NCBI GenBank assembly: GCA_963823555.1
Contig: CAWGMA010000001.1
Coordinates: 1,440,001-1,504,000, forward strand
Direction of reading: 5' to 3'
DNA length: 64,000 bases
Source of the DNA: Candidatus Eiseniibacteriota bacterium
GTDB taxonomy: Bacteria > Eisenbacteria > RBG-16-71-46 > CAVPCR01
Shown here piece after piece: positions 30,141 to 39,658 of this stretch. How positions within the stretch are numbered: the stretch's first letter is position 1; every line of letters begins with the position of its first letter. The position numbers were made by a program, and so were the translations under genes. The notes under the pieces were generated by a model, which worked only from the letters and a program-made list of their open reading frames with translations, made no database searches and was not told where the DNA came from.

Positions 30141-30612
30141 CACGGGCCCTGGCGGCGAGAAGACCAACGGCCAGGAGCAAGACAGCTCCGTTCACTGCGA
30201 CCGATCGGCGGTGAATGGCCGAGAACGCGGCCTGCCGCCCGGCCTCCTGCTCAGCGCTCAGACCGGGCTCATGCATGGCGGACCGTCGTTCGGCGGCCAC
30301 CGGGGCAATGAACTCACCGCCGTAGATCGTGAGCACGATCATGAGGGCCAGGATCACGGCCGCGAGCCGGCCGTTGCCGACCCCCGCCTCTTGCCGCTGG
30401 CGCGCCAGCCCGATCGCGCTCAGAGCCGCCAGCGCCCCACAGGCCACACCGAGCCGCGAATAGAGCGGGAAGATGGCGGCAACGCCGTCCCCGGCCATCT
30501 CGGGAGGCAGCGCGCGGAAGAGAGTCGGGGCCGCCACGAAGGAAAAGAAGACAAGACTCCCCAGCCAGATCGCGATGGCTGCCAGGTAGATGAACTCGAG
30601 CAGTGTGCGCAT
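30124..30612 (-). CDS. DUF4149 (TMEM205-like) membrane protein
   Basis: WLGSLVFFSFVAAPTLFRAL...IFPLY...FSAIHRRS. Confidence 0.82.
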   Translation of the reverse strand: MRTLLEFIYLAAIAIWLGSLVFFSFVAAPTLFRALPPEMAGDGVAAIFPLYSRLGVACGALAALSAIGLARQRQEAGVGNGRLAAVILALMIVLTIYGGEFIAPVAAERRSAMHEPGLSAEQEAGRQAAFSAIHRRSVAVNGAVLLLAVGLLAARARDATRP

Positions 30613-30795
30613 GTCCTTGTCCGATCTCCTTCACTCGCCGCGGGCGAGGCTCCGGGGCCGTCGGGGCGCCCGCCATGCTACCCGATTTGCCCCCACGCGT
30701 GGCACTGCGTGACATGTTGGCGGATGGGCGCTAGTCTCGTGCTGCGGGGCGTCCGCTCCGGCACGCCCCCATTCCATCTCCACAGGGGGAAGGCC

Positions 30796-31898
30796 ATGCC
30801 ACGCGGGATTCTCCTCGGCCTCGCTCTGTTCGCCATCCTCCCGCTCACGACTCAGGCCGCAACCTACCGCGTGCCCGGCGACGTGCCGAGCATTCAGGCC
30901 GCCATCGACCTCTGCCAGTTCGGGGACTCCGTTGTCGTTGCTCCTGGCACGTATCTCGAGAACCTGGTCATGAAGAGCGGGATTGTCGTGCGGGGCGAAG
31001 CCGCTCCTGAAGCGGTAACCATCGACGGTCGCCTGCTGGGTCCGGTCGTTCTCTGCGATCGAGGTAGCAATTCAGCATGGAAGCACTGACCCTGACCCGG
31101 GGTTACATGAGCGCCTACCCCGGTGGCGCCGGCATCTCCATGAATCGGTCGCAGGGCACCATCACGCGCTGCATCCTGGTCGGCAACCAGGCGGGGCGGG
31201 ACGGGGGCGGAATCTCGATCGTCGATTCCTGGGCCACGCTTCGCGATTGCGCCTTCCGGAACAACAGCGCCGGTGCCTTCGACGGCGGCGGCATCTTCTG
31301 CTACCGCTCCGTTCTCGACGCCGAGGATTGCACGCTCGTCGACAATCTGGCTCAGGAGGGCGGCGGGATTGCGGTCGTCAACGTCTCGACGGCGACCATC
31401 CGGCGGTGCGTGTTGGTGCGGAACCAGGCTCTCGGACCCGGCCCCTCGGGTGGCGCGATCATCGTGGCCAGCTCCTCGGCGCAGATCGAGAACAACACCA
31501 TGGTCGGCAATCAGGTCCCTCCGGGGGGCGCGTCCGTCGCTCTCTACTCGGGATCCTCGCGTTCGAGCCGCAACATCATTGCCTTCAACACTCAAGGCGG
31601 AGGTGTTATGCGCGGCGACCTGGAGTCGGCGTTCTTCATGGCCTGCAACGACCTCTGGGGCAACGCCCCGCAGAACTACGTGGGGTGGCCGGACCAGACC
31701 AACGCCAACGGGAATATCGCCGCCGATCCGCTGTTCTGCGACCTCGTCAACCACGACTACCGCATCGCCGATGCCTCGCCGTGCGCCGCCAATCACAGTC
31801 CGGCGGGCTGCGAGCTGATCGGCGCGCTGGATGTCGGCTGCGGCCCGGTGACGCTCGAGCCAGCGACCTGGGGGCGGATCAAGAGCCGCTTCCGGTAG
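30796..31898 (+). CDS. Secreted right-handed beta-helix protein with TWGxIK tail; apparent frameshift near 31071
   Basis: Signal peptide, VPGDVPSIQAAID, repeated GN.A..GGG, ADPLFCD, ATWGRIKSRFR; two ORFs join with one extra T. Confidence 0.8.
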
Positions 31899-34800
31899 GG
31901 GCCAACTTCGGGCTCTCCCTCCCCCGAGATGCGAGCGATTCGAGTCGGTCCACCTCGAGGCTCGCGGCTCCGTGCTGCTCGCTCACCACACCCTCGACGC
32001 GCAGAGGGCCGCCGCCGGCCATGGCATGGGCCGCGCGGCGGTGGACCGCGGGGAAGAGCGTGCATTCGGCCGTTCCGGTCGGGTCGTCGAGGGTCAGGAA
32101 CGACATGGTCTCTCCATGGCGTGTCGAGGTGCGCCGGCGTGCGGCGACGAGCCCGATCACGGCCGCCCGCTGTCCGATATGGGTGCCGATCTGCCCGGCG
32201 CCCATCCATCGTGGTCCCCGTGGTGCGCCAGGGAGGCGAGCCACGGCAATCCCCAGCGTTCGTGCAGCCGCTGGATCGAGCGCCGAAGCCAGCTCCGGCG
32301 CCTCCGCGAACAGAGGATGGGCGCGCGGCGAGAAGCCGAGTCCGGCCCACTCGGCGCGGAGGCATCGCCCGAGCGACAGCTCGCGCAGCGGCGGTGGCGG
32401 CGCCTCGCCGGCGGATCCGGAGAAGAGCCCCGGTTCCACCGGATCGGTGGCGCGAATCGTGAGTGCTCGTGCTTCCCAGAGTAGCCGACTGCGCTCACAA
32501 CCGAGATGGTCGAAGGCGCCGACTTGGATCAACGCCTCGATCTCGGGCGCGCTCGCGCGCACGCGCCGGCGGAAATCGGAGAGGGAGGAGAAAGGGCCGT
32601 CGGCACTCCGCGCAGCAAGGATCGCCTCGAGCGTGGCCGTGCTCATGCCGGCGACGGCGCCGAGACCCGTGCGCACGGCCGGCGCCTCACCCTCCTCCCC
32701 GACCTCGAGCGTGAACTCGGCGGCCGAGCGGTCCACCGACGGGAGCAGCACGCCCACACCGTGGCGGCGTGCGTCCTCGACGTGCACCCAGCGCGCGTAC
32801 ATGCCCTGGTGATGGTTGAGCACGGCGCAAGCGAAGGGGGCGGGATGGTGCGCCTTCAAGAAGGCGCTCTGATAGGCCAGAAGACCGTACCCGGCGGCGT
32901 GCGCCCGGGAGAAGCTATAGGCGGCGAACCGTGCCATCTCCTCCCAGACGGCGAGCGCCCGATCCGGCTCGACGCCCGCGCGGACCGCGCGAGCGACGAA
33001 GCCGTTCTTGACGAACTGCATCTCCTCGGTGCTCGCGGCCCCGGCGATGGCCCGGCGCAGCGAGTCGCCGGCCTCGAGATCGATCTCGGCGACCGCGGCG
33101 GCGATGCTCATCACGTCCTCCTCGTAGAGGGGGATCCCGTACGTTGCGGCGAGTACCGAGGCCAGCGCCGGATGCGCGGTCGCCACCGGTTCGAGACCCC
33201 GGGCGCGGCGGACGAAACGCTCCTTCATGCCCGAGGAGGCCGGACCGGGACGGATGAGGGACAGCGCATCCACCACCTCGCGCACCGAGCGAGGGGCGAG
33301 CATCACGAGCAAATGGCGCATCCCCGGCGACTCGATCTGAAAGCACCCGAGCGAGTCGCCCGCGGCCAGGAGCTCTGCGGTCGATTGATCGCGGTCGTGC
33401 GCGCGGTCGAGATCGATGGCGGCGCCCTCGGTCGAGCCCACGAGAGCCACCGCCTCGCCGAGCGTGGCCAGAGCCCGATTGCCGAGGAGGTCGATCTTCA
33501 CGAGGCCAATCGCCGCCACCGCCTCCATCTCGTACTGGGTCACGACGATGCCCTTGGTCGCGGACTCGAGCGGCACCAGATCGGCGAGTGGTCGGTCACC
33601 GATCACGATGCCGCCGGGGTGGATTCCCAGGTGGCGGGGCAACCCGTTGAGCCCTGCGGCGCCATCGAGGATCGAACGCCACGGTTCCTCGGTCCATGGC
33701 AGATCACGGAGACCGGGGAGCGATCGCGCCAGAGACGGGAGGTCCGACCCATCGTGGGGCAGGAAGCGGGCGAGGCCGTTCACGACATCAACCGGCACGC
33801 CGTGGGCGCGGGCCGCCTCGCGAAAGGCCGATCGCGGGTGGAAGAAGGTGTGGGTCGAGATCATGGCCACCCGCCCCTCACCATGGGTGCGATAGACGTG
33901 TTCGATCACCCGGTCGCGCCCGCGCCAGTCGAGGTCGATATCGAGATCGGGAAGATCGGCGCCCCGCGCGGCGGAGAGGAATCGTTCGAAGTGGAGGCGA
34001 TGCGCCAGCGGATCGACGTTGGTGATGCCGAGCACGTAGGCGACGATCGAGCTCGCTCCGGAACCGCGGCCGACCACGGCGAGACCCTCGCTGCGTGCGA
34101 AGTCGACGATGTCGCCGACGATGAGGAAGTACTCCGTGTAGCCGAGGCGAGCGATGACGTCGAGCTCCCGCATCAGCCGGTTGACGGGACGCGGGACCAG
34201 GGCGCCATACCGCTTGCGGATCCCGTCGAGACAACGCTCGAGGAGTGCCGTGTACGCGGTCTCCCCTCCCGCCAGCGCCGGCCGGGGAAAGATCGGCGTG
34301 CCCGGGGGTAGCTCGGCGCGGCAGTCGGCGGCGATCTCGCGGCCCCGCGCCAGGAGATCACTGGCCTCGGCCCCATAGCGGCGAGCGATCGCGTGCGGCG
34401 GTTCGGGCCTGCATCCCGGAGCGGGGAGCTCGGCGTCCGTCACCGCGGCGACCACGGCGCCTCGCCGCGCGGCGGCCAGGAGACGCGCGATCTCCACTTC
34501 GTGCGCCGAGGCATACGTCACCGCTGGAGCGGCCACGGCGGCGAGGCCAAGCCGCCGGGCCAGGGAACGGCCACGAGCCATGGCGGCGCGCTCGCCACCC
34601 CCGCCGAGCTCCACGAGAACGGCCAGCCGGTCCGGAGGCAGGCCGCCGCGTAGTGCCGCGAGCAGATCAGGATCCGCGGCCAGGATCCACACGTCCTCGT
34701 GCTCGCCGGCCAGCGCGGGCGCGAGCTTGAACGTCGGATCGAGGTGGCGCCGGGTGATGAGCCGGGTGAGTGTGCGATAGCCTGTCGCCGCGCGGGCGAG

Positions 34801-35064
34801 CACGATCGCCACACGATTCTCGCTGCCTGCCGCGCCCGCGCTCTCCGCTGGTTCGTCGAGCTCGACACCCAGGATCGGGGTCAGGCCGGCAGCGCGCGCC
34901 AGGCCGGCAAAGCGCACCGCAGCGTAGAGATTGTTGCGGTCGGTGAGCGCCATTGTGTCATGGCCGGCGGTGCGCACGGCGGCGATGAGCCGCTCGAGCG
35001 GCGCGGTCCCGCGCAGCAGCGAGTAGCTACTTCGTGAGCGAAGGGGTGCGCAGAACGAAGCCAT
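31879..35064 (-). CDS. dnaE2: DNA polymerase III alpha, error-prone DnaE2-like
   Basis: PHP N-terminus (SYSLL, ALTDRNN), GRGSGASS, PDLDID, HPGG, KIDLLG, FQIESPG, YSFSRAHA, OB fold; start MASF at 35064 inferred. Confidence 0.9.
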   Translation of the reverse strand: MASFCAPLRSRSSYSLLRGTAPLERLIAAVRTAGHDTMALTDRNNLYAAVRFAGLARAAGLTPILGVELDEPAESAGAAGSENRVAIVLARAATGYRTLTRLITRRHLDPTFKLAPALAGEHEDVWILAADPDLLAALRGGLPPDRLAVLVELGGGGERAAMARGRSLARRLGLAAVAAPAVTYASAHEVEIARLLAAARRGAVVAAVTDAELPAPGCRPEPPHAIARRYGAEASDLLARGREIAADCRAELPPGTPIFPRPALAGGETAYTALLERCLDGIRKRYGALVPRPVNRLMRELDVIARLGYTEYFLIVGDIVDFARSEGLAVVGRGSGASSIVAYVLGITNVDPLAHRLHFERFLSAARGADLPDLDIDLDWRGRDRVIEHVYRTHGEGRVAMISTHTFFHPRSAFREAARAHGVPVDVVNGLARFLPHDGSDLPSLARSLPGLRDLPWTEEPWRSILDGAAGLNGLPRHLGIHPGGIVIGDRPLADLVPLESATKGIVVTQYEMEAVAAIGLVKIDLLGNRALATLGEAVALVGSTEGAAIDLDRAHDRDQSTAELLAAGDSLGCFQIESPGMRHLLVMLAPRSVREVVDALSLIRPGPASSGMKERFVRRARGLEPVATAHPALASVLAATYGIPLYEEDVMSIAAAVAEIDLEAGDSLRRAIAGAASTEEMQFVKNGFVARAVRAGVEPDRALAVWEEMARFAAYSFSRAHAAGYGLLAYQSAFLKAHHPAPFACAVLNHHQGMYARWVHVEDARRHGVGVLLPSVDRSAAEFTLEVGEEGEAPAVRTGLGAVAGMSTATLEAILAARSADGPFSSLSDFRRRVRASAPEIEALIQVGAFDHLGCERSRLLWEARALTIRATDPVEPGLFSGSAGEAPPPPLRELSLGRCLRAEWAGLGFSPRAHPLFAEAPELASALDPAAARTLGIAVARLPGAPRGPRWMGAGQIGTHIGQRAAVIGLVAARRRTSTRHGETMSFLTLDDPTGTAECTLFPAVHRRAAHAMAGGGPLRVEGVVSEQHGAASLEVDRLESLASRGRESPKLAPTGSGS

Positions 35065-36262
35065 AGCGATCGCGGGCATGTCCATCGAGAAGGGCCAGGG
35101 CACGGCCGGCGATGAGCGCGCCGTGCCCGAAGCGGTCGCGGACACGGTCGACGCTTCCGGTGAGATCCAGATCGCGACCGCCCAGCGCCGGGTCGAGGAG
35201 ATCGAGCTGCTCGCCGGCGGCGACGGTGAATCCCGAGAGCTCGATGCCGACCCGCCGGAGGGCGATTCGGCGCTGACTGAGACGCGCGAGCAGGTGCCGC
35301 GCCGAGTCGAGGAGGACGCGGTCCAGGGCGCTCGGCGCGGCGAGCGTGTGGTGCGCCTCCTGGCGGCGTTCGCCGTCCGGTTCGGTGCGCACGGCGAGCG
35401 CGCGCGCGACGAGTCCGAGTCGGCGCGTGGCCCGGGCCGCCCGCTCGACCAGGTAGCCGAGCATGGAGTCGACGAGCGCGGGATCGGCGGCAGGCGGATC
35501 GAAGCTGGTTTCGCGCGCGATCGAGCGCGGAACCTCGCGCGCCGTTACGGGGCGCGTGTCATGGCCCAGGGCTCGCTCATGGAGGACACGGCCGGAGGCT
35601 CCGAGCAGGCGCGCGAGCGCGTCGGCGCCCATGGCGGCGACGTCGGCGACGGTCTCGAGCCCCAGCGATTCGAGCACTCCGGCCGTGTGCGGGCCGATCC
35701 CGGGAAGGTCGCCGAGAGGGCGGCCGCGGAGATAGGCGATCTCCTCTCCAGGCGGCACCTGGGAGAGGCCATCGGGCTTGGCGCTCCGGCTCGCAAGGCG
35801 CGCGATCATGCGGTTCGAGCCGATCCCGATGGTGACGGTGAGACCGGTCCTGGCGCGGACACGCTCGCGCAGCGTCGCACCGAATGCGGCGAGATCCGGG
35901 TAGAGGCGTTCGGTGCCGGTCAGGTCGAGGTAGGCGTCGTCGAGGTAGCTGTCGACCGCCGGGGCGAGATCGCGGCAAATGGCGAAGACGCGGGCGGCGA
36001 ATGCCTGATAGGTCGGCGCGTGGCCGGCGAGGATGACCGCCCGCGGGCAGCGGCGGCGGGCCTCGCGGAGCGGCATGCCGGCGCCGAGGCCGAGGCGGCG
36101 CGCTTCGTAGGAACAGCTGGCGATGACTCCGGTGCCGACGATCACCGGCCGGCCGCGCAGGCGCGGGTTCTTGAGCTGCTCCACCGCGGCGAAGAAGGCG
36201 TCGATGTCGAGATGAACGATGCGGCGGACGCTCGCAGTGGGCTGGGAACGGTGGATGCTCAT
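35027..36262 (-). CDS. dinB: Y-family DNA polymerase IV
   Basis: HLDIDAFFAAVE, SYEAR, LDDAYLD, KPDG, LPGIG, SIARET, clamp motif QLDLL. Confidence 0.9.
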   Translation of the reverse strand: MSIHRSQPTASVRRIVHLDIDAFFAAVEQLKNPRLRGRPVIVGTGVIASCSYEARRLGLGAGMPLREARRRCPRAVILAGHAPTYQAFAARVFAICRDLAPAVDSYLDDAYLDLTGTERLYPDLAAFGATLRERVRARTGLTVTIGIGSNRMIARLASRSAKPDGLSQVPPGEEIAYLRGRPLGDLPGIGPHTAGVLESLGLETVADVAAMGADALARLLGASGRVLHERALGHDTRPVTAREVPRSIARETSFDPPAADPALVDSMLGYLVERAARATRRLGLVARALAVRTEPDGERRQEAHHTLAAPSALDRVLLDSARHLLARLSQRRIALRRVGIELSGFTVAAGEQLDLLDPALGGRDLDLTGSVDRVRDRFGHGALIAGRALALLDGHARDRYGFVLRTPSLTK

Positions 36263-36513
36263 GCTTCCATCATGACCGAGTCGAGGTACCAGAGCAGATC
36301 GCCGGCGCGGAAGTGGAGCTGGTACACGTCACCCGAGGCCACGCTCACCGAGAAGTAGTGGATCTTCTGCTGTCCCTCTCGATCCTCCCAGCGCGCGTTC
36401 ACCGCGACGACGCGATGGGAGACGGCGCCGCGGCGAAACAAGAGGGGCTGGATCACGCCGCCCTGGAAGTCGGCGCGTACCTTGACCGGCTCATCGAGTC
36501 GCTCGATCAGCAT
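36259..36513 (-). CDS. DUF6504-like small beta-strand protein
   Basis: DEPVKV...FRR...RVVAVNARWE...YFSV...DVYQL...WYLD; ATGA overlap with dinB. Confidence 0.75.
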   Translation of the reverse strand: MLIERLDEPVKVRADFQGGVIQPLLFRRGAVSHRVVAVNARWEDREGQQKIHYFSVSVASGDVYQLHFRAGDLLWYLDSVMMEA

Positions 36514-36656
36514 CGCTTACCCCCGGGTATGGCGGCCGCCCGGGCCGCCGCCTTAGCGGTGCCGGGCGGGTCCGGTGTCGGATCGAGGTCGCTTGTCGGG
36601 TGAGGGTGCGCGGGGGACGACGCGCCGGCAGACACCCGCCGGGGGGGAACAAGCCC

Positions 36657-36685
36657 ATTATCCATCCATATGTTTAGTGCTGCAA
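36657..36685 (-). promoter_or_regulatory. Sigma-70 promoter of the mutagenesis cassette with AT-rich operator-like spacer
   Basis: TTGCAG-N17-GATAAT; spacer contains TAAACATATG. Confidence 0.55.
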
Positions 36686-36745
36686 GCGGGATTTCAGCCC
36701 CGGGTGGTTGGGATGGACTTCTCGCTCCCCTGCCCCATTCCGAGA

Positions 36746-36771
36746 TCAAGACCGCTCCCCCACCGGCCGAT
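36746..36771 (+). promoter_or_regulatory. Sigma-28 (FliA/WhiG)-like promoter
   Basis: TCAAG-N15-GCCGAT upstream of the PilZ gene. Confidence 0.5.
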
Positions 36772-36826
36772 CCAGGAGGGAGAGCCCCCATTCCGCGGAC
36801 CCCTGGCCCGCAAAGGAGGTCACCAC

Positions 36827-37660
36827 ATGAAGCCCGGCCAGCCGGTCATGATCGCCCCCGGGACGGGGGATGACTTCACCCCGCAGAGCGCACGCGTTGC
36901 CCTGGTTGCCGACGGGGAAGTCGTGCTCCAGCTGGATGAGCCGCGGGCGGACCGCTTCGTCGTGCAGTCCGGGCTCAACCTCCGCTACCGGGACGAGGCC
37001 GGAGATCACGCGGTGACGGCTCGGGTCGTTGCCGCCCAGGGCACCGGGCGGCTCCGGGTCGCTCTTCCCGTCGAGGGCGCGGGTCCGGCCGAGGAACGCC
37101 GCCACGTTCGCGTCGAGCATCTCCTGCGCATGGAGTACCAGGTCATTGCCGGGCAGGAGATCGAGGAGTTGCGGGCCCAGGTGCTCGACGGACCGCGCAT
37201 CCTCAAGTACGAGTGGTCGCCCGGACTTCCCAGGCAAACCGCCGGCGCCGAGAACGAGCCGGTCGACCCCGAGTGGATCGAAACGCCCGACAACGAGCGC
37301 CTCACTCGCATCGAGCGCAAGCTCGATCTGCTCCTCGAGCGACTCGGTGTGGAGTCGCCCCGGTCCAGTGAGCGGCCATTCTTCAACGTCAGCCTGTCGG
37401 CGAGCGGCCTTCGCTTCCGGGACTTCCAGCGCCGCTGCCAGACCGGCGATGTCGTCTATGTCTCCCTCGAGCTCCCGCTCAATCCCACCGTCGAGGTATG
37501 CGCGATCGCGGAGACCCTCCATGTCGTCGAGGATCTCCGGCAATGGAACCTGTCCACCGGTCGCGATGTCGTGCTCGAGTTCCGCGTCATCAAGGATGAA
37601 TCGCGTGATCTGATCGAGCGCTACTGCCAGCAGTTCCAGTCGATCCAGCGCACCGCGTAG
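36827..37660 (+). CDS. PilZ-domain c-di-GMP effector (YcgR-like architecture)
   Basis: AAGGAGGT RBS; ERRHVR and SLSASG motifs; N-terminal beta domain. Confidence 0.78.
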   Translation: MKPGQPVMIAPGTGDDFTPQSARVALVADGEVVLQLDEPRADRFVVQSGLNLRYRDEAGDHAVTARVVAAQGTGRLRVALPVEGAGPAEERRHVRVEHLLRMEYQVIAGQEIEELRAQVLDGPRILKYEWSPGLPRQTAGAENEPVDPEWIETPDNERLTRIERKLDLLLERLGVESPRSSERPFFNVSLSASGLRFRDFQRRCQTGDVVYVSLELPLNPTVEVCAIAETLHVVEDLRQWNLSTGRDVVLEFRVIKDESRDLIERYCQQFQSIQRTA

Positions 37661-37715
37661 GCGGAGATAGCCCGCGCGACGCCGGCACTCCCAGTCGCTC
37701 GCGCTCGCCCTGGGG

Positions 37716-38363
37716 TCAGGGAATGCCGAGCAGCTTGTGGGTCTGCAGACTGAGCCGCCATTCCGGATGCTTGAGGCAGTAGTCGAGAGCGAGCCGCGTG
37801 TTGCCCTCCCGCTCCGGGCCGTCGATGGGCTGCAGGTAGCGGTGGTCGAAGGCCAGGCTGGCGAGGGCCTCTGGTTCGAGGCTGCGCTGCGGATAGGCGA
37901 GCTTGAGCTCCGCTCCGGCCCTGAGCACGAGAGCGGCACCGGCCTTGGGGCTGACGGTGAGCCAGTCGATGCCGGGCGGCGCGGGCAGCGTCCCGTTGGT
38001 TTCCACCGCGACCTCGAATCCGGCCGCATGGCACGCGGTGACGAGGTCGGCGTCGAGCTGGAGAAGCGGCTCTCCTCCGGTGAAGACAACGTACGGTCGG
38101 GCCCCTTGGCTCGCCGCGGCCGGACGCCAGGCGGCGCGGATCCTCAGGGCCAGGGCGGCGGCATCGGCGAAGACTCCGCCACCCGGACCATCGGTGCCGA
38201 CGAACTGGGTGTCGCAGAAGGCGCACGGGGCGCCGGCGCGATCGGCCTCGCGTCCGGTCCACAGATTGCAGCCGGCGAAGCGACAGAAGACCGCCGCGCG
38301 GCCGGCCCTGGCGCCCTCGCCCTGCAGGGTGTAGACGATCTCCTTGATGCCGTAGCGGGCCAT
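37716..38363 (-). CDS. queE: 7-carboxy-7-deazaguanine synthase (radical SAM, Cx14CxxC type)
   Basis: YTLQGEG, RFAGCNLW...CAFCDT, TGGEPLLQ, ETNG, SLQTHK. Confidence 0.94.
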   Translation of the reverse strand: MARYGIKEIVYTLQGEGARAGRAAVFCRFAGCNLWTGREADRAGAPCAFCDTQFVGTDGPGGGVFADAAALALRIRAAWRPAAASQGARPYVVFTGGEPLLQLDADLVTACHAAGFEVAVETNGTLPAPPGIDWLTVSPKAGAALVLRAGAELKLAYPQRSLEPEALASLAFDHRYLQPIDGPEREGNTRLALDYCLKHPEWRLSLQTHKLLGIP

Positions 38364-38410
38364 GAGCGCGCCTCTTCCTTCTCCCCTACGTTCTCCGTCG
38401 TGACGTTCGG

Positions 38411-39505
38411 CTACGGTATGAGCACGACCTTCCCGCAGTCGCGGTCGACCGAGGTCATCATCTCGACGGCGTGTTCCACCTGCTCGAGCGGCAAGCGATG
38501 GGTGATGACCGGCGCGGGATCGAACGCACCTGATTCGAGGAGCCCGGCCATCTGCACCCAGGTGTCGAACATCAGGCGGCCGTTGATGCCGACGATGCGC
38601 GCACCCTTGAAGATGATGTCGCGAGCCAGGTCGATCTCGACCGCGCCGGGAGGAATGCCGAAAGCGGTGAAACGACCACCCTTGGTCAATATCTCGAGGC
38701 CCTGGCGAATGGCCTCGCGAGCCCCGCTCATCTCGAGCACGACATCGGCTCCTTCGCCTTGGGTGAGGTCGCGGATGGCCGCCACGGCGTCGACCTGGTC
38801 GACATGCAGCACGGCATCAGCGCCCATGGCCTCGGCCAGGCGCCGCGAGTATTCCTGCTTGATGGTCATGATGACCTGCCGCGCGCCCGAGGCCCTGGCG
38901 ATACCGATCGACCACAGCCCGATGGGACCGCCACCGAGGACCACGACGCGCTTGCCCACGACCGGCTCGGCGAGCGTCGCGTAGACCGCGTTCCCGAGCG
39001 GCTCCATGATGGACGCGATCTCCGGCTTCATGTCGGGGGGGTTCTTCCAGGCGCAGATGGCCGGCAGCGCCACGTACTCGGCGAAGCAACCGTTGATGTC
39101 CACTCCCAGGATCTTCAGATTGGCACAGATGTGACGCTGCCCGGTGCGGCACTGCGGGCACATCTCGCACGGGATGTGACTCTCGGCGGAAACCAGGTCA
39201 CCGACAGCAAGACCGTTCACGTCTCGCCCGACCTCGACAATGGTGCCACACAGCTCGTGGCCGACGATGAGCGGCGGATTGAGCCGGTGTGAAGCCCAGT
39301 AATCCCAGGCATGAATGTGCGTGTCGGTGCCGCAAACCGATGTGGCGCGGACCTGGATCAGGATTTCTCGGGAGCCGATCGCCGGAATCGGCGCCGTCCC
39401 GATCTCGAAGCCAGGGGCTGCCTTCCGCTTCCATATCGCCCGCATGGTCCCACGCGTGTCGGCCCGGCCTCTCTTCTGCTGTGTCGTCGTTCCTGTTGTG
39501 ACCAT
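38411..39505 (-). CDS. tdh: L-threonine 3-dehydrogenase
   Basis: CGTD.HI..WD.W, GHE, SAESHIPC..C..C, EPLGNAV, GINGRLMFDTW, CGKVVL. Confidence 0.92.
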   Translation of the reverse strand: MVTTGTTTQQKRGRADTRGTMRAIWKRKAAPGFEIGTAPIPAIGSREILIQVRATSVCGTDTHIHAWDYWASHRLNPPLIVGHELCGTIVEVGRDVNGLAVGDLVSAESHIPCEMCPQCRTGQRHICANLKILGVDINGCFAEYVALPAICAWKNPPDMKPEIASIMEPLGNAVYATLAEPVVGKRVVVLGGGPIGLWSIGIARASGARQVIMTIKQEYSRRLAEAMGADAVLHVDQVDAVAAIRDLTQGEGADVVLEMSGAREAIRQGLEILTKGGRFTAFGIPPGAVEIDLARDIIFKGARIVGINGRLMFDTWVQMAGLLESGAFDPAPVITHRLPLEQVEHAVEMMTSVDRDCGKVVLIP

Positions 39506-39658
39506 GGCGCTCGTCCCCCCTCATCGTTCCCACCCGGCGGCCGGTTCGGCTCCTGCAAGGCCCAGTTGGGCAGCCTCGGATGATCCCACTGGCTCCCCAT
39601 GGGTGTCAAGGTAACGGCATGCTGGCGGCGCCGACGTGGCGACCGAGCGGAAGGTCTG

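Noticed and set aside
37716..38363. queE as part of a 7-deazaguanine DNA modification (Dpd) island
   Set aside because: No dpdA/tgt-like, queC, queD or folE neighbours; housekeeping queuosine synthesis is simpler
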